A DNA stretch of 62,591 nt, the filler included, from Stramenopiles sp. TOSAG23-3 (taxonomy: Eukaryota): NCBI GenBank assembly GCA_900128585.1. It is 4 parts of 4 records of this genome, joined end to end, with 100 filler letters (N's around TTAATTAATTAA, not from the genome) between each part and the next. Parts side by side here need not be neighbours in the genome. Positions count along the whole stretch, not along the records: positions 1 to 15,668 come from LT642515.1; positions 15,769 to 31,372 come from LT642516.1; 2 more parts are not named here. One strand, 5' to 3'. Below the pieces are notes generated by a model that saw only the letters and a list, made by a program, of their open reading frames with translations, was not told the origin of the DNA and did not search any database. Shown piece after piece: positions 12,310 through 23,734 of the stretch (its first letter is position 1; the number at the start of each line of letters is the position of its first letter). The translations under genes and the position numbers were made by a program.

Positions 12310-12864
12310 TTACGCCTGAAGGAGGTCGTAATCGTCCAGTCTATCGTTGTATTTGTCTACTGTACGTTTGACCTTGGAACTATCGACCCACGCAACGTGG
12401 TCCTCCATGCTTCGCGTCACTAAAAACCCTGGGTCTTTTACCGTCACAGGGCCGACGCGGAAGTGGCCGTGCTCGATAAACGTCACCGCCTCCTTCAACG
12501 TTTCGCAGAACTTTAAGCGCACTACCACTACGCTAAAGCGGCGCCGGCACAGCGCGGACGCCGGTAGCTTTTCACACACGCTCAGACTCTTCTTCGTCGT
12601 GGTCAGCCCCATAAAGTACAGCTTGTCCAGCAAAAAGTTGGTTATCTGAATGCGCTTTTCGTCCGCTTTGTCCATCGACTTTAGTTTGTTGACAAGCTTT
12701 GTTATCATACCGCACACTTTGTTGTACTCGTGATAGTCCTGCCGATTGTTTATGTGGTACCGTCGCATTACTTGTATCTCTCTCAAATTGTTTTCCCGCT
12801 GCCACAGAAAATCAACCTTTTTCAGAAGCTTTTTCTCATGATGCTTCAGTTTACGCATCGACAT
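12310..12864 (-). CDS. IMP3: U3 snoRNP protein IMP3 (S4-domain SSU processome factor)
   Basis: MRKLKHHEKKLLKKVDF...DYHEYNKVCG...SALCRRR...EHGHFRVGP...DPGFLVTRSMED...DDYDL; start at 12864 or 12858. Confidence 0.95.
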   Translation of the reverse strand: MSMRKLKHHEKKLLKKVDFLWQRENNLREIQVMRRYHINNRQDYHEYNKVCGMITKLVNKLKSMDKADEKRIQITNFLLDKLYFMGLTTTKKSLSVCEKLPASALCRRRFSVVVVRLKFCETLKEAVTFIEHGHFRVGPVTVKDPGFLVTRSMEDHVAWVDSSKVKRTVDKYNDRLDDYDLLQA

Positions 12865-14279
12865 GTTGCTGACTATAAAGGTGAAGGAAACGTATTTACA
12901 GACAATTGCTACCAAACGATAAAAAAAAACGACGACCTTGCTATTTGCGTAGAACGGCGAAGTACTTACAGAGTCTACGTATTTATCCTCACGACGACAA
13001 CAGTGGTAAAACCCTTCCAACACTATTCCTTCGTACTTATAAATTTAAACACAAACAATGGATCAATTTCGTTCCTCTTTTATTACCTCCCTCCTTCTGT
13101 TTCTACCTTTTACTTCCCGTTCACACACGTTACAATGTTTCCATTCACCATGTCATTCAATTCACTTTATTACTTCTTCCTTTCGGGCAAACAAAACAAA
13201 ACAAAACAAAACAATAATCGTCTTTTCTTCTTCTTTCTTCTTCGCGGAAAAATGTATATAATTTAAGGATATATGTTATATAAAATATATAAATACCATG
13301 TATTAAAAACTTAAATAGCCTTAATTTTAAATGGAAGGAAAGGCACCACAAATTGATGTATACATTACACAGCATAAGAAACTTCCAAACTTACGTATTT
13401 ATGCTGTGACCTGTATGTTAAGTGCTGTGTCCATATAAATAGAGAATACAAGTTTTAATTTAGGAATATATATATAGACATAGCATTGTAGTTTAACCTA
13501 ATACATGGAATACCATTGTAGTAAAAGACCTAATCCTAACCGTAGGTTCGAGGCTCTCTAAAAAAATCTTTCGAATAGTATACGATGAAATTGTACTTAA
13601 ATATTTTATTGACCTATATAATCCATAACAAACCTAAAAAAATTATTATCCAAAAATAAAAAAATTATCCAAAAATTCAAACCAATAATATTGTACATTA
13701 CTTATTAGATGATTAATAATAGAAATCAATACCAATTTAAGACTTAGTATTTTCTCAGTAAAAAACAACATAACATATCAAAACTTGAAAAGAAGTGGAA
13801 AAAAGATAATTTTTTTTAGAAAAGAAGTTTTATAAAAGAAGAAAAAGAAGTTTTAATGGATTTAAGTTTCTAATTAATTAATACTAAATAGCAAAGGAGA
13901 AGAAGTCTAAAGACTGGCTTGGCTGGTTGGTGGTGTGACGAATGATAACTTAATTAATACTAAATACAATGGAATATAAATAATGGATATTTATTGGATA
14001 TTTAGATATTATTATTATTATTATTGTTATTTTTAGTCTGGAATTTTTTATTAAACAAACTATTATATAACTAACACAACAAACAAAAAAGAAAGAAAGA
14101 AAGAAAGAACAATGGAGAAGAACAAGTATGTATATACCTCCGGATTCACAAGATCCAAAGTAAAAGTAAAAAATATAATTGATTAAACGGGACGTTTTAT
14201 TGTTAATCTTTAGATATTTAAAACTATCACTAGAACAAAACCATTTTGCAACGAACTGAATCGTTTTGTAATCATCATC

Positions 14280-15668
14280 ATGGCGGAAGTGAAACCAAAA
14301 GAGCGGTCATTGGTAAGGAGGGCGTCCAAGGCACTGATTCGAAGGGCCTCGAAGAGTTTTCACGAATCGTCTGGTTTGGAGGACTTGGAAGCAACCATTG
14401 CGTCCCTGGGCGAAAGAACTGAGCTTTACAAACTCGACGGTGAGTACAACATTCACTTTCACAACGAAAAAGTTGAACAAGAGTTTCGCACGGAGTGGCG
14501 CAGGCTTGGTATTTTCCAAAGCATCGTTACGATTATTGTCCTTTTTATGGCGTGGAAAGCCGTCTCAATTAACACGGGGGTGCTGACCGACGCAGAAAAC
14601 TGGGGGACGACTGCTATAGTGATGGTGTTCGGCATTGCGATTCTTGTTTTGACAGTCGTCGCTCCAAATGTTGTTAAACGGCACTACGATACGATCGTTG
14701 TCTCGTACCTGACCCTCGAGTGCACCATCGTCATGATGCAACTCTTATTAATGTCACGGGGGACTATTGCGGACACTTTCTCGGACACTAACTTTGCCTG
14801 CCTGGCGCCGGCGTGTGAAGCGGTCTCGGGGAATCCGTCCGTAATCGTGATGAGTCTGCTGTTCATCGGGACGACGACGCTTCGACTACGGTTTGTGCCT
14901 GCAACAATGTTCTCCTTCATGGTCGTATTGGTAGAAGAAATCACGCTGAACATTGACGGGCAACCGGATGCCCTTGATATTATCAACCAAGTTATTGCCC
15001 TCCTTCTGGTCATCTACGAAGGTTTGCTCGCTGCCCATCAATTGGAAGTTACCCACCGCAAAATATTTGTACTGCAACGGTATGATCACAAGTCAAGCGA
15101 CCAAATTCATAATGAGATTGTCAGCAAAATATACCCGTGCTGCCCCAGAAAAAACATAAAGAACGGTTGCTTGAGGTTTAAGAGTAAAAAGGACGAGGAA
15201 AAGTTTCTCACTGAGCAATACGCTGTAAAGTTCGAAGAGGGCGTGGGGCTCTGGGGGCTTTGTACCGCCACCGTCATGACAGTGTTTTTCTACTTGCTTG
15301 AGCTTCCGGCTGCGGGTGGGCTAGAAATTCAAGTTGATGCCGGCCTGCGGGACTTTGGTTTGCCCGAAAACTCGGACTACGATTGGAGGCTGGACTATAC
15401 ATATAGTTTTATACCACTGTTTATTCTTCTGCCATTTCTACTTGCAGGAGCAGCGTTCGAAGCATACATTCAGAAGAAAGCGTTGCAAACGTACAAAAAG
15501 CGGAGCGCCAAAAGCAGGCGAGTCGGATTTCTGCTGTTTGCAGCTCTTCCTGTGTTTTTCGGGTTCATGTGGAACAATGCCGTGTCGGCAAATTACGGGA
15601 ACGCCTTAAATCACTTGTATGTGGATTCTCCCATGGAAAAGGCGAAATGTTTGTCCCAGAGCGATTGG
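14280..15668 (+). CDS. Multi-pass membrane protein, 3'-truncated by a gap; resembles the membrane region of class III nucleotidyl cyclases
   Basis: About 6 TM segments followed by a LEVTHRKIF linker and a second TM block; no catalytic domain is visible before the gap. Confidence 0.55.
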
Positions 15669-15768
15669 NNNNNNNNNNNNNNNNNNNNNNNNNNNNNNNN
15701 NNNNNNNNNNNNTTAATTAATTAANNNNNNNNNNNNNNNNNNNNNNNNNNNNNNNNNNNNNNNNNNNN
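15669..15768. other. Artificial contig spacer N44-TTAATTAATTAA-N44
   Basis: 100-nt spacer with stops in all six frames, identical to the other two. Confidence 0.95.
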
Positions 15769-15998
15769 ATTATATATTTATATCTTCTTTTGAGCTGAAG
15801 CAAAAGATATTCTGTAGGGATTTTCTTTAAAGGTATACGAAACGACAGTTTAAGAATTAACAGTAAAAAGAAGCAAGTGAACGTCGTTTAGGGCATGTTT
15901 TGTTTTGCATCTGAATAACTTGTTTACTTTTTCTACCTCCCTTTCTTTCCTCTTTTCTTTCTCTACCTTTTTCTTCCCGTTATCTACCAGCCGGCAGA

Positions 15999-17855
15999 AT
16001 GATTCGTGGAGGTGCTATCCAAAATGGGCAGAGAGTTCGGGTGCGAGGAAAGGAGGCTGTGCACGACGGGGTGTGCCGGTTCTTCGGGACTACCCTTTTT
16101 AGAGAAGGAGTTTGGGTCGGGGTGGAGCTTGATTTGCCGAATGGGAAGAACGATGGGAGCGTTTCGGGAACGAGGTATTTCAGCTGCCCTCACCGCTACG
16201 GGCTCTTTGCGCGGGCGGAGGTGGTAGAAGTTCTCCAAGACAGGCTAACGTCCGGGCAAAGGTCGCCCCAGGCCCGCCAATACCGCCCCGCGGCCAGCCC
16301 AAGCAGCCCGGCGCAAGAAGCCGTTCTTGGGCGCACCTTGAAAGTAGAAACGAGCGTTTTTGAGTTTGAAAAGGTGAGGAATGAATGGACGGAACTGTGC
16401 TCCGAGCAGGTGTCTCTCTTTGTCGGTAAGGTCGGCGGCGGCCAAAGGCCCCTCATACGCCTGCGAAGTGTACGCAACCCGAACACCCCAGTAAACCATT
16501 ACATAGAGCTCGATACCAAACTGGAACCGAACGTGGGCAGTGACCGCGCGTGGGTCTTTCGGGCGAAGAACATGAAGACAAAGATAGGAAGTGTGTTGGC
16601 GTTGCAGTTTGTGACCCCCAAAGACGCCATGATGTTTTCGTCCCAATATGCGATATGCAGCCAAGTAGTCAGAGAGGAGAATCGTCGAAGCGCAGGGGCC
16701 AACGAGGGGGCAAATAGGCAGAATGAAACGTACATGACTCCGAAGGCACCATCCGCGAACGGATCGGTCGCCCCCCCTCCTCCCCCCGAACCCCCCGCGG
16801 AGGAACTGCAACGAGCGATCGTGGAGAAGGCAAACGGGAAGAAGACATCACCTTCGGTGTCCCAACAGCGACGCCGGCTGAGCATTGCGGGAAGCGACAC
16901 AAACATGGACGGGCGGCGAAACTCGACCATGCCCGCTCCCGCCGCCCAGAGCAAGGTAAAGTCGCCGTCGCCCCCGGGCGGTGCTGTCAAGGGGACCGTA
17001 GTGAGAAGCTACGTCGGGATGTCGAAGAAAGGTTATGCGCCGTACAACATCAAGAAGGAAAACCAGGATTCCTGCTTTATGCACGAGGATCCAAAAACTG
17101 AGTCCTTGATGCTTGGCGTGTTTGACGGCCACGGGGAACACGGGCACCACGTGTCAAGGTTTATGGAGATTAAATTGCCCCCTGCGGTACTCATGCACCC
17201 GAGCTGGGCAACGAGCCCAAAGACGGCAATTTCAGAGATGCTCGTTGCGGAAGAGAAAAAAATTTTGAAGTCCCGGCAGATCAACACGTCCCTTAGCGGC
17301 ACGACGGCGGTCGTCGCCGCCATCCGCGGGAGCGCTTTGACGGTTGCTAACATCGGCGACTCCAGGTTAATTATCGCGCTTCGTGGTGAAGACGGTACTA
17401 CCTTGAAGCCCTACAGCGTAACCGAAGATCACAAGCCGGACACCCCGAAAGAGCAGGCCCGCATTGAGCGGTCCGGTGGGCGGGTGTGGGCGATGACGTA
17501 TGAAGACGGCGTGGCTGGTCCCGCCCGAGTGTGGCTGAAGAACCAGGATTTGCCCGGGCTTGCAATGTCCCGCTCTATTGGCGATGAAGTTGCAAAACGC
17601 GCCGGGGTAGTTTCTACGCCAGAGATGTTCGAATATGAGATACCGCCACAAACTGAATTTTTATGCATGGCCACGGATGGGCTGTGGGAGTTTATGTCAA
17701 ACCAAGATGTCGTCCAAATTATTCAGCGTGCGAAAGGGAACGGACGTTTGGCAGTAGAAAATCTTATGGCAGAATCGGAACGACGGTGGAAAAAAGAAGA
17801 GCCCGTTGTTGACGATACGACCATTGTGTTGGCGTATTTCGATTTTTCAAGCTAG
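15999..17855 (+). CDS. CAP-Gly + RanBD/EVH1-like + PP2C (PPM) phosphatase fusion protein
   Basis: [19 protein letters not shown] (CAP-Gly); [13 protein letters not shown] (RanBP1-like); [46 protein letters not shown] (PP2C). Confidence 0.9.
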   Translation: MIRGGAIQNGQRVRVRGKEAVHDGVCRFFGTTLFREGVWVGVELDLPNGKNDGSVSGTRYFSCPHRYGLFARAEVVEVLQDRLTSGQRSPQARQYRPAASPSSPAQEAVLGRTLKVETSVFEFEKVRNEWTELCSEQVSLFVGKVGGGQRPLIRLRSVRNPNTPVNHYIELDTKLEPNVGSDRAWVFRAKNMKTKIGSVLALQFVTPKDAMMFSSQYAICSQVVREENRRSAGANEGANRQNETYMTPKAPSANGSVAPPPPPEPPAEELQRAIVEKANGKKTSPSVSQQRRRLSIAGSDTNMDGRRNSTMPAPAAQSKVKSPSPPGGAVKGTVVRSYVGMSKKGYAPYNIKKENQDSCFMHEDPKTESLMLGVFDGHGEHGHHVSRFMEIKLPPAVLMHPSWATSPKTAISEMLVAEEKKILKSRQINTSLSGTTAVVAAIRGSALTVANIGDSRLIIALRGEDGTTLKPYSVTEDHKPDTPKEQARIERSGGRVWAMTYEDGVAGPARVWLKNQDLPGLAMSRSIGDEVAKRAGVVSTPEMFEYEIPPQTEFLCMATDGLWEFMSNQDVVQIIQRAKGNGRLAVENLMAESERRWKKEEPVVDDTTIVLAYFDFSS

Positions 17856-18761
17856 AAGCCCGTAAAAAAGAATAAAAGTTATTCGTTGTTGTTGACTCTG
17901 TCTGGTTTTATTGCATCATCAATCACAAACGAGTACGAACTAAACCTCTTCAGTAAAATTTACTAGAGTATATTGTATACGTTTGAATAAATTCGAAGTA
18001 AAACATAAAACATACTATGATACATTAAAAAAAAGAAGAAAAGAGAAAAAAGTTATTTAATGCAGTACGTTATACGTAGACTACTAGGAGTAATTTTAAT
18101 AAGAAGAGGAAATAACCCACAATAACTTTGGAATGATTATATTATTTACATTATTAATTATATTATTTTATTATTATCTCCCCCCACAGCCCAACTACAG
18201 AAGAAGAAGGAATTAAAAAAAATCGTCAGAAAATAATTTATTCGTTCACAACAAGAAGAAGAGGAATGGAAGAACCGTACGGTAGTTGATGATTTGAGAT
18301 AACAATCTAATGTTGTGTGCCTTTTATTTGAAACTTAAACCCTCTTCTTCTCCTCCTCCAACATTGTTTTTTCTTATTCTTCAAGACAACCACATTATAG
18401 AAATAGCAGCAGGACATATGAAGATGTTCGATTCTTCTTCTTCTTCTCGCTCTTCTCTGAAACGACACACAACAACACACCACAGCAGTACGACCACCGG
18501 TGTAGTATTTCTTCTTCTTTTATTTATTATTATAATAAATATACTGAATAATATTTATTAGCGCACACGACCCGCAGTCAACACAAAACGGGTAAAAGTG
18601 TACGACGAAAAAGCTTTAGAAATGGTTTTAGAAATGCACGGCAGAATTTTAAAAGGCACAGGAACTTCATAACAAAAGTAGGATTGACACCGTAGTCTAA
18701 TTTCAATCTTGTGCAATCAGTTATACCTTGGGTGGCGCTCACGTTTTTTTCAGGTCTCCCG

Positions 18762-21700
18762 ATGGAAGTTACTGCTCTCGACATCAGTCCGACTGAAGCC
18801 GGGGAAACGAAAACTGGCAACGCCGGTCCAGAGGTTGGGTCTGCAGTTTATACTCGGGGAGACGAAGCGCATGCTATAACAAAAACATACAATTTAAAAA
18901 CTGCGTGTGCATCAGAACAAAATGCGATCAATAATAGGGGTACGATAAAACGAATATCATGGCGCCGCCCAGGGCGGTACTTTTTGCGCACGAACAAGCC
19001 GGAACTGTTATCGTTTTGTGGAACCGGGGAGCAGGGGAATTTATTAGAACTGGCCTCTGGGTTTAAAGATGAAAAAACGCACATGAGGCTATGCTTTGCT
19101 CCGATACAAAGCTTTATTAGGGCGCAAATATTGGTTTTTGTGCACAGCGGTGTTCCGCCTGAACGGCCAGCAGGACTAACTGAAAACGCTGTGTGGACAC
19201 CAAAATTCTACACTCCCGTGGAAACGCTGCTGTTCAACGTGAGTTACACTGCCCCTGAATGTTTGCGTCGACCAAGCATTTCATGGAAACGGCTCGTTGA
19301 TGCTACAAAATTTAGCAATCCACAGTTAAAGGTCATGTATGAGCAATTTTGGCACGATACGATACAGGCGGGTAATCCAGGCATCTTAGAGCGGTGTTCG
19401 TTTCGGCCTTTCTTGGCAAATTTGGGATTAAAGGGGTTAGAAGATGGGGACGCAGACGTAGACCGGTTGTGGGCGTGGTTTGATAGAGAGGAAAACAATG
19501 TATTAGATTTTGAAGCATTTATTTTAGGCCTTGGAAAGACTTGGCAAGACGTTCAATTCTTTGGTCTCTCTACACACGCCCGTAAGGCCCTTGAGACTGA
19601 AGCAAAGTATTCGGAGATCGATGAGCAAGACAAAGCAGCAAAGCACAAGGCCGTTTTAGATGCACAACTAGAAGATGTAAATACAGCGTACACCCGCTTG
19701 ACCGGATCCCCAATACCGGGATCCCCAATATCAAGTCGCAACTCTTCCAACCAAAATCAAACACCGGAGAAAAACCGTTCTCAAGTAAGCCAAGTAAAAG
19801 TGAAGCGAGTGGCATTTTCTCCTTCGACAAAAAGTCCGGGTGGGACGACACCATTCACGAGATCGTTTGTGAGCATTTCCGCCACAAACGATTCGCTGGT
19901 TGATGCAGCTCAAAACAAAGACAGCAGCACTGCAGCTAGCAAAGGATTGCTGAAGACTCCACCAAATATACAACGACACGCATCGTTCTCGCCAATTCAC
20001 GAAGGAAAAATTGATCAAACTACAGAAAATAAAACCGAAAATGTCATCGAAGAGCTTGACATTCAGGTAAGCGATGATTCGAACGAAGCTGTGAATATGA
20101 AAACCCCTGAAGCCAAAAGCCAAGTTGAAAATGTTTCTTCGGTTCGTTCGATGACGGAGGAAGAACTAGCCTCAAGGTTACAAGATGCTTTCGACCAGGT
20201 TATCAGTGCTGGTGGACTCAAATCCCCAGACACTTCGCTTCAAAATCATCCATTGGCCCGATCTTTCGTGCGAGCATGCGGCACGTCACCGATGGATGAT
20301 GACGTCCTTAATTCATTGGCCAGCGCGTTTGCAAATGAACTGGTGGAATCTTCTATGTTTGTCGGAGAGGATGGTGCGCCGACGTCTCCCGTGGTTCCTG
20401 TTCTGGACCTTACAAGTGCCATTAATTCAGATGAAGATGCGAGCAAAGAAAACTTTTCTGACGGGGATGGCTCTTCGTCTTCTGCAATTGATGGAGAAGA
20501 CCCCGAGGACCACAAAGGAATGTACTTTTCTAAGATTATGAAGGCTGGTAATGTGGACGACAGCAACATCAGCATGGACGATTTGATGAAGAAGGCGGAA
20601 AATAGCAAAGTAGATGCCCTGTTTAACTGGGAAGTCGAACTTCAAATTACCGTCCATGGTGCAAGTGAACTGGCAATTATGCCAGACGATCATCCGTTCG
20701 TCGAAGTTACGTTTGTAGACTTACCGAACATGTTGGGGGCCGCCCACATACATACAGAGAGTAACTTTAAAACATTGCCAGCAGCAGACGCCATTGACGT
20801 CAAGTGGCCGGAGAGTACATCCACCTTTGTCGCCAATCATTTCTTCCAAATCGATGGATTGAAGATAAATGAAAAGCCCAGTGACTCGAACGACGGCCTC
20901 CCCATGTATGGGGCTGCGAACATACTTTTCACTGTCCGACGGGGTGTCAAAGAGGGGAAAGTCGGCGCTGACATGATTGGAAAAACTTCTCTTTCCGTTG
21001 CCCCTCTGCATGCAAAGGTCTGCAACGTCTCTGAGAACTCCGAGGAAGCCGAGCACCATGGAATTCAAAAGACGAGTTTGTCCCTGCGAGCAAAAGGTCA
21101 CAGTGGACTGGGCAGCGGCGATTTAGGAAACCTGGAAGTTTCTGCCGTGCTTGTGTACAGAAGGGTGGAAGTTATGACTGCTGGTGAAGCAGAGCAAGGT
21201 GAAATAAAGAAATCGACAAGACTAAATCGGCAAGGAGTTCGAGATAATTTTGGAGACGAAGATTTTCGGCAAGCTGCTCAAAAGCTTCGTGTAGCCCGAA
21301 GAAAAAGCGGCGTTAAGCTGCTGGAACTATTCCATACACTCAGCGGTGGTGGCGCCTCCGGGTTCATCGAGCGCGAACAATGTTCGCAGGCTTTGATAAC
21401 ACTTGGGGCAGACATTAGTATCGAAGAGGCCCGGCTAGTATTCGATCACTTCGATAGAGAAATGGACGGTAAATTGTCCTACGAAGAGTACGTGGAAATG
21501 ATGATGTCGGGGGGGAAACTGTCGCCGAAAGAGCAGCAAGAGATGGCAAAAGATAAACAAAGAAAAAAGGAAGAAAAGGAGAAGATGGATAAAGATCTAC
21601 TGCGTCGAACAAACTTAGATGCTGTTGTGTGGAGGGTGCGGGACGAACGCAAGCGGCGACAGATAACCCCTCAGACCCTTTTTGACATGTTTGACGATGA

Positions 21701-22493
21701 CAATAACGGAAGTTTGACAAAAGATGAATTAAAAGAGGCGTTCGACCGGTGGTCCTTTAAATACACGGAAGATGACATCGATGCCATATACATAGAATAT
21801 GCGGATGAAGACAGCCTTATGGATTACCGTGACTTTCTTCGTTTTCTTATGGGTGGAAAAAGTGAGAGCGGAAAGCGCGTCGATCAATCTGGGGGGGCGG
21901 GCATATACGACCTGGTGTACAGTGAGGACGAGAGCGATGCTCACGTTGATGACGAAAATGCAAGCAGCGGTGGTGAAGGGAACAAGGAACCAAAGGAAGT
22001 AAGCGCAAAGGAAAGGGCGAGAAAGGCCTTTACCAGACAGCGCAGCATCGGGTTCGCGGATCCTGCGAAGAGTTACTTGGCCGTGACGGTGTACAGTGCA
22101 GAAGGTTTGTTAAAGGGGAAGAACGACAAAATGCCAAAAGCCCAGGTCCACATGAAGACTAAAAAGAATGGAAAACGGTACCGCACGAAGCTTTTGAAAC
22201 AGGCCACATCTGATCCTAAATTTGGCGACAAGTTCGAAATCGGGAAAGGCTCTGACAATGGACTATTGAAGGTCAAAGAACTTTTGCTGACCGTCAAGAA
22301 CAAGCAGAACAGCAGTATTATCGGCGGCTTAACGGTCCCGTTTAACATCCAAAGCTTCAGCAAATCCTCGGAGGTACGAATCAAATACCCCCTGGTTTGC
22401 CACGAAAAGCAAACCCCGGTCGAACATGGGCAATACGGTATGCTTGATATTGGCCTTCGCGTTTTCGAAAGTGACGAGGGGGACGAGGGCTGA
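18762..22493 (+). CDS. EF-hand and C2-domain protein
   Basis: EF-hands (FDREENNVLDFE, FDREMDGKLSYEE, FDDDNNGSLTKDE) and two C2-like domains (LQITVHGASEL..., LAVTVYSAEGL...DPKF); first ATG at 18762. Confidence 0.8.
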   Translation: MEVTALDISPTEAGETKTGNAGPEVGSAVYTRGDEAHAITKTYNLKTACASEQNAINNRGTIKRISWRRPGRYFLRTNKPELLSFCGTGEQGNLLELASGFKDEKTHMRLCFAPIQSFIRAQILVFVHSGVPPERPAGLTENAVWTPKFYTPVETLLFNVSYTAPECLRRPSISWKRLVDATKFSNPQLKVMYEQFWHDTIQAGNPGILERCSFRPFLANLGLKGLEDGDADVDRLWAWFDREENNVLDFEAFILGLGKTWQDVQFFGLSTHARKALETEAKYSEIDEQDKAAKHKAVLDAQLEDVNTAYTRLTGSPIPGSPISSRNSSNQNQTPEKNRSQVSQVKVKRVAFSPSTKSPGGTTPFTRSFVSISATNDSLVDAAQNKDSSTAASKGLLKTPPNIQRHASFSPIHEGKIDQTTENKTENVIEELDIQVSDDSNEAVNMKTPEAKSQVENVSSVRSMTEEELASRLQDAFDQVISAGGLKSPDTSLQNHPLARSFVRACGTSPMDDDVLNSLASAFANELVESSMFVGEDGAPTSPVVPVLDLTSAINSDEDASKENFSDGDGSSSSAIDGEDPEDHKGMYFSKIMKAGNVDDSNISMDDLMKKAENSKVDALFNWEVELQITVHGASELAIMPDDHPFVEVTFVDLPNMLGAAHIHTESNFKTLPAADAIDVKWPESTSTFVANHFFQIDGLKINEKPSDSNDGLPMYGAANILFTVRRGVKEGKVGADMIGKTSLSVAPLHAKVCNVSENSEEAEHHGIQKTSLSLRAKGHSGLGSGDLGNLEVSAVLVYRRVEVMTAGEAEQGEIKKSTRLNRQGVRDNFGDEDFRQAAQKLRVARRKSGVKLLELFHTLSGGGASGFIEREQCSQALITLGADISIEEARLVFDHFDREMDGKLSYEEYVEMMMSGGKLSPKEQQEMAKDKQRKKEEKEKMDKDLLRRTNLDAVVWRVRDERKRRQITPQTLFDMFDDDNNGSLTKDELKEAFDRWSFKYTEDDIDAIYIEYADEDSLMDYRDFLRFLMGGKSESGKRVDQSGGAGIYDLVYSEDESDAHVDDENASSGGEGNKEPKEVSAKERARKAFTRQRSIGFADPAKSYLAVTVYSAEGLLKGKNDKMPKAQVHMKTKKNGKRYRTKLLKQATSDPKFGDKFEIGKGSDNGLLKVKELLLTVKNKQNSSIIGGLTVPFNIQSFSKSSEVRIKYPLVCHEKQTPVEHGQYGMLDIGLRVFESDEGDEG

Positions 22494-22527
22494 TGGAACG
22501 AGGGCTGATGGATGGTGGAACAGTTAC

Positions 22528-22568
22528 AAAAACAAGAAAAATTGGCTGTTATTTTCTAGTAATTAAAA
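22528..22568 (-). repeat. Convergent-intergenic repeat core
   Basis: aaaaacaagaaaaattggctgttattttctagtaattaaaa is the reverse complement of the core. Confidence 0.85.
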
Positions 22569-22684
22569 AAACAAATTCTATGATAGTAATTAAAATTAAA
22601 GAAAAAAGAAGGTTGAAATTGTACAAATGTAACGAAGTACTTTAGTTTATCTAGTATATATGTAGATTATATAAAGCGTAATAT

Positions 22685-23734
22685 TTATTCCTCACTCTTC
22701 AAGTACAAGTCAACACGACTCACACCCCACGATGCACCACCTAGATTAGTATCTGCATTCTTTCCTAACTTTGTGCCAAAACTAACCTTTAATGTGTCCT
22801 TGGAGTGCCTTGCCGACACGTCTATTGCGGCAGTAAACTCCATTTCTACTACTTGCTCGTCCCCACAGACATTGAGCCCACTTGCTTTGGTGCTGGAAGA
22901 TGCGGCGGCGCTGTAAGATTTCGTCCATACATACTCTGGCTGTTCGATTCCATTTCCATTAACGGCCCCGGTGCTCAACGTCATGTAGGCATACTCTCCC
23001 ATCCACAAGTCAACCATGTGAAACGTGGCTACGACGCGAACGGAGGTATGCTTGCGCAAACCGGTATAAGTTTTGGAGATTTCTCCGGTCGTGAACAAAC
23101 CTGGACCACCCAACATGGTCACCCCCCCGCACGACGTCAAGTCCATCTCGATGCTCGGGGTGTCTGCGATCCAACCACGAGTACTATTTTTATTCCCTTT
23201 ATCACTGGCAGAGAACGTGTCCGACACTGCCATACCCCACTGCAAAACTTTCCCTACGCGGAAACCGTCCATAGCGTTTACCTTCTTCGCTTGCAGAACT
23301 TTCGTGTTCGTCTTCACGTCGTCCCCTTTAATGCTCAAGAATGCGCTCTCTTCGGAACCCTGGCGAATGGCAAATTCACCGTCGCCATCAACACCAACGG
23401 AGTAGGACAGCTTCGGGTCGCGGCCAAGGTGCACGGTTGCAGCTTTGCCAAGCGCCGCCGCAAGCCTCAACTCTCCGTTTCCAGCGACGTTCTGCTTCTC
23501 GTCCACCTTCTTTGCCTCCTCGACCTCAATGAACGAAGTAGCGGCGGTCAAATCTCCAATCGATTTACCTGTGCATATGCCCTGGACAATACTAGCTTTT
23601 CCCGCATTCCCCTGGGCCAGAAAGCAGTGTTCCTGCAGCCCACAGTCGCTATGGTGGGCGCACGGAGCAAGCTCGGTCGCAGAGCCAACAACCGCCAGCA
23701 CTGGCAATACGACAGCTAGAAACTTCGACAACAT
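22685..23734 (-). CDS. Secreted protein with short Cys motif, SFIE motif and beta-rich C-terminal domain
   Basis: Signal peptide MLSKFLAVVLPVLAVVGSA; CxxHxDC...HC...C; C-terminal CGG..MLGG...H...DLWMGE...W...VCG segment. Confidence 0.8.
   Translation of the reverse strand: MLSKFLAVVLPVLAVVGSATELAPCAHHSDCGLQEHCFLAQGNAGKASIVQGICTGKSIGDLTAATSFIEVEEAKKVDEKQNVAGNGELRLAAALGKAATVHLGRDPKLSYSVGVDGDGEFAIRQGSEESAFLSIKGDDVKTNTKVLQAKKVNAMDGFRVGKVLQWGMAVSDTFSASDKGNKNSTRGWIADTPSIEMDLTSCGGVTMLGGPGLFTTGEISKTYTGLRKHTSVRVVATFHMVDLWMGEYAYMTLSTGAVNGNGIEQPEYVWTKSYSAAASSSTKASGLNVCGDEQVVEMEFTAAIDVSARHSKDTLKVSFGTKLGKNADTNLGGASWGVSRVDLYLKSEE

Noticed and set aside
22805-23719. 304-aa + strand ORF and many similar nested or antisense ORFs
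   Set aside because: Shadows of real genes on the opposite strand or in another frame, with no recognisable motifs
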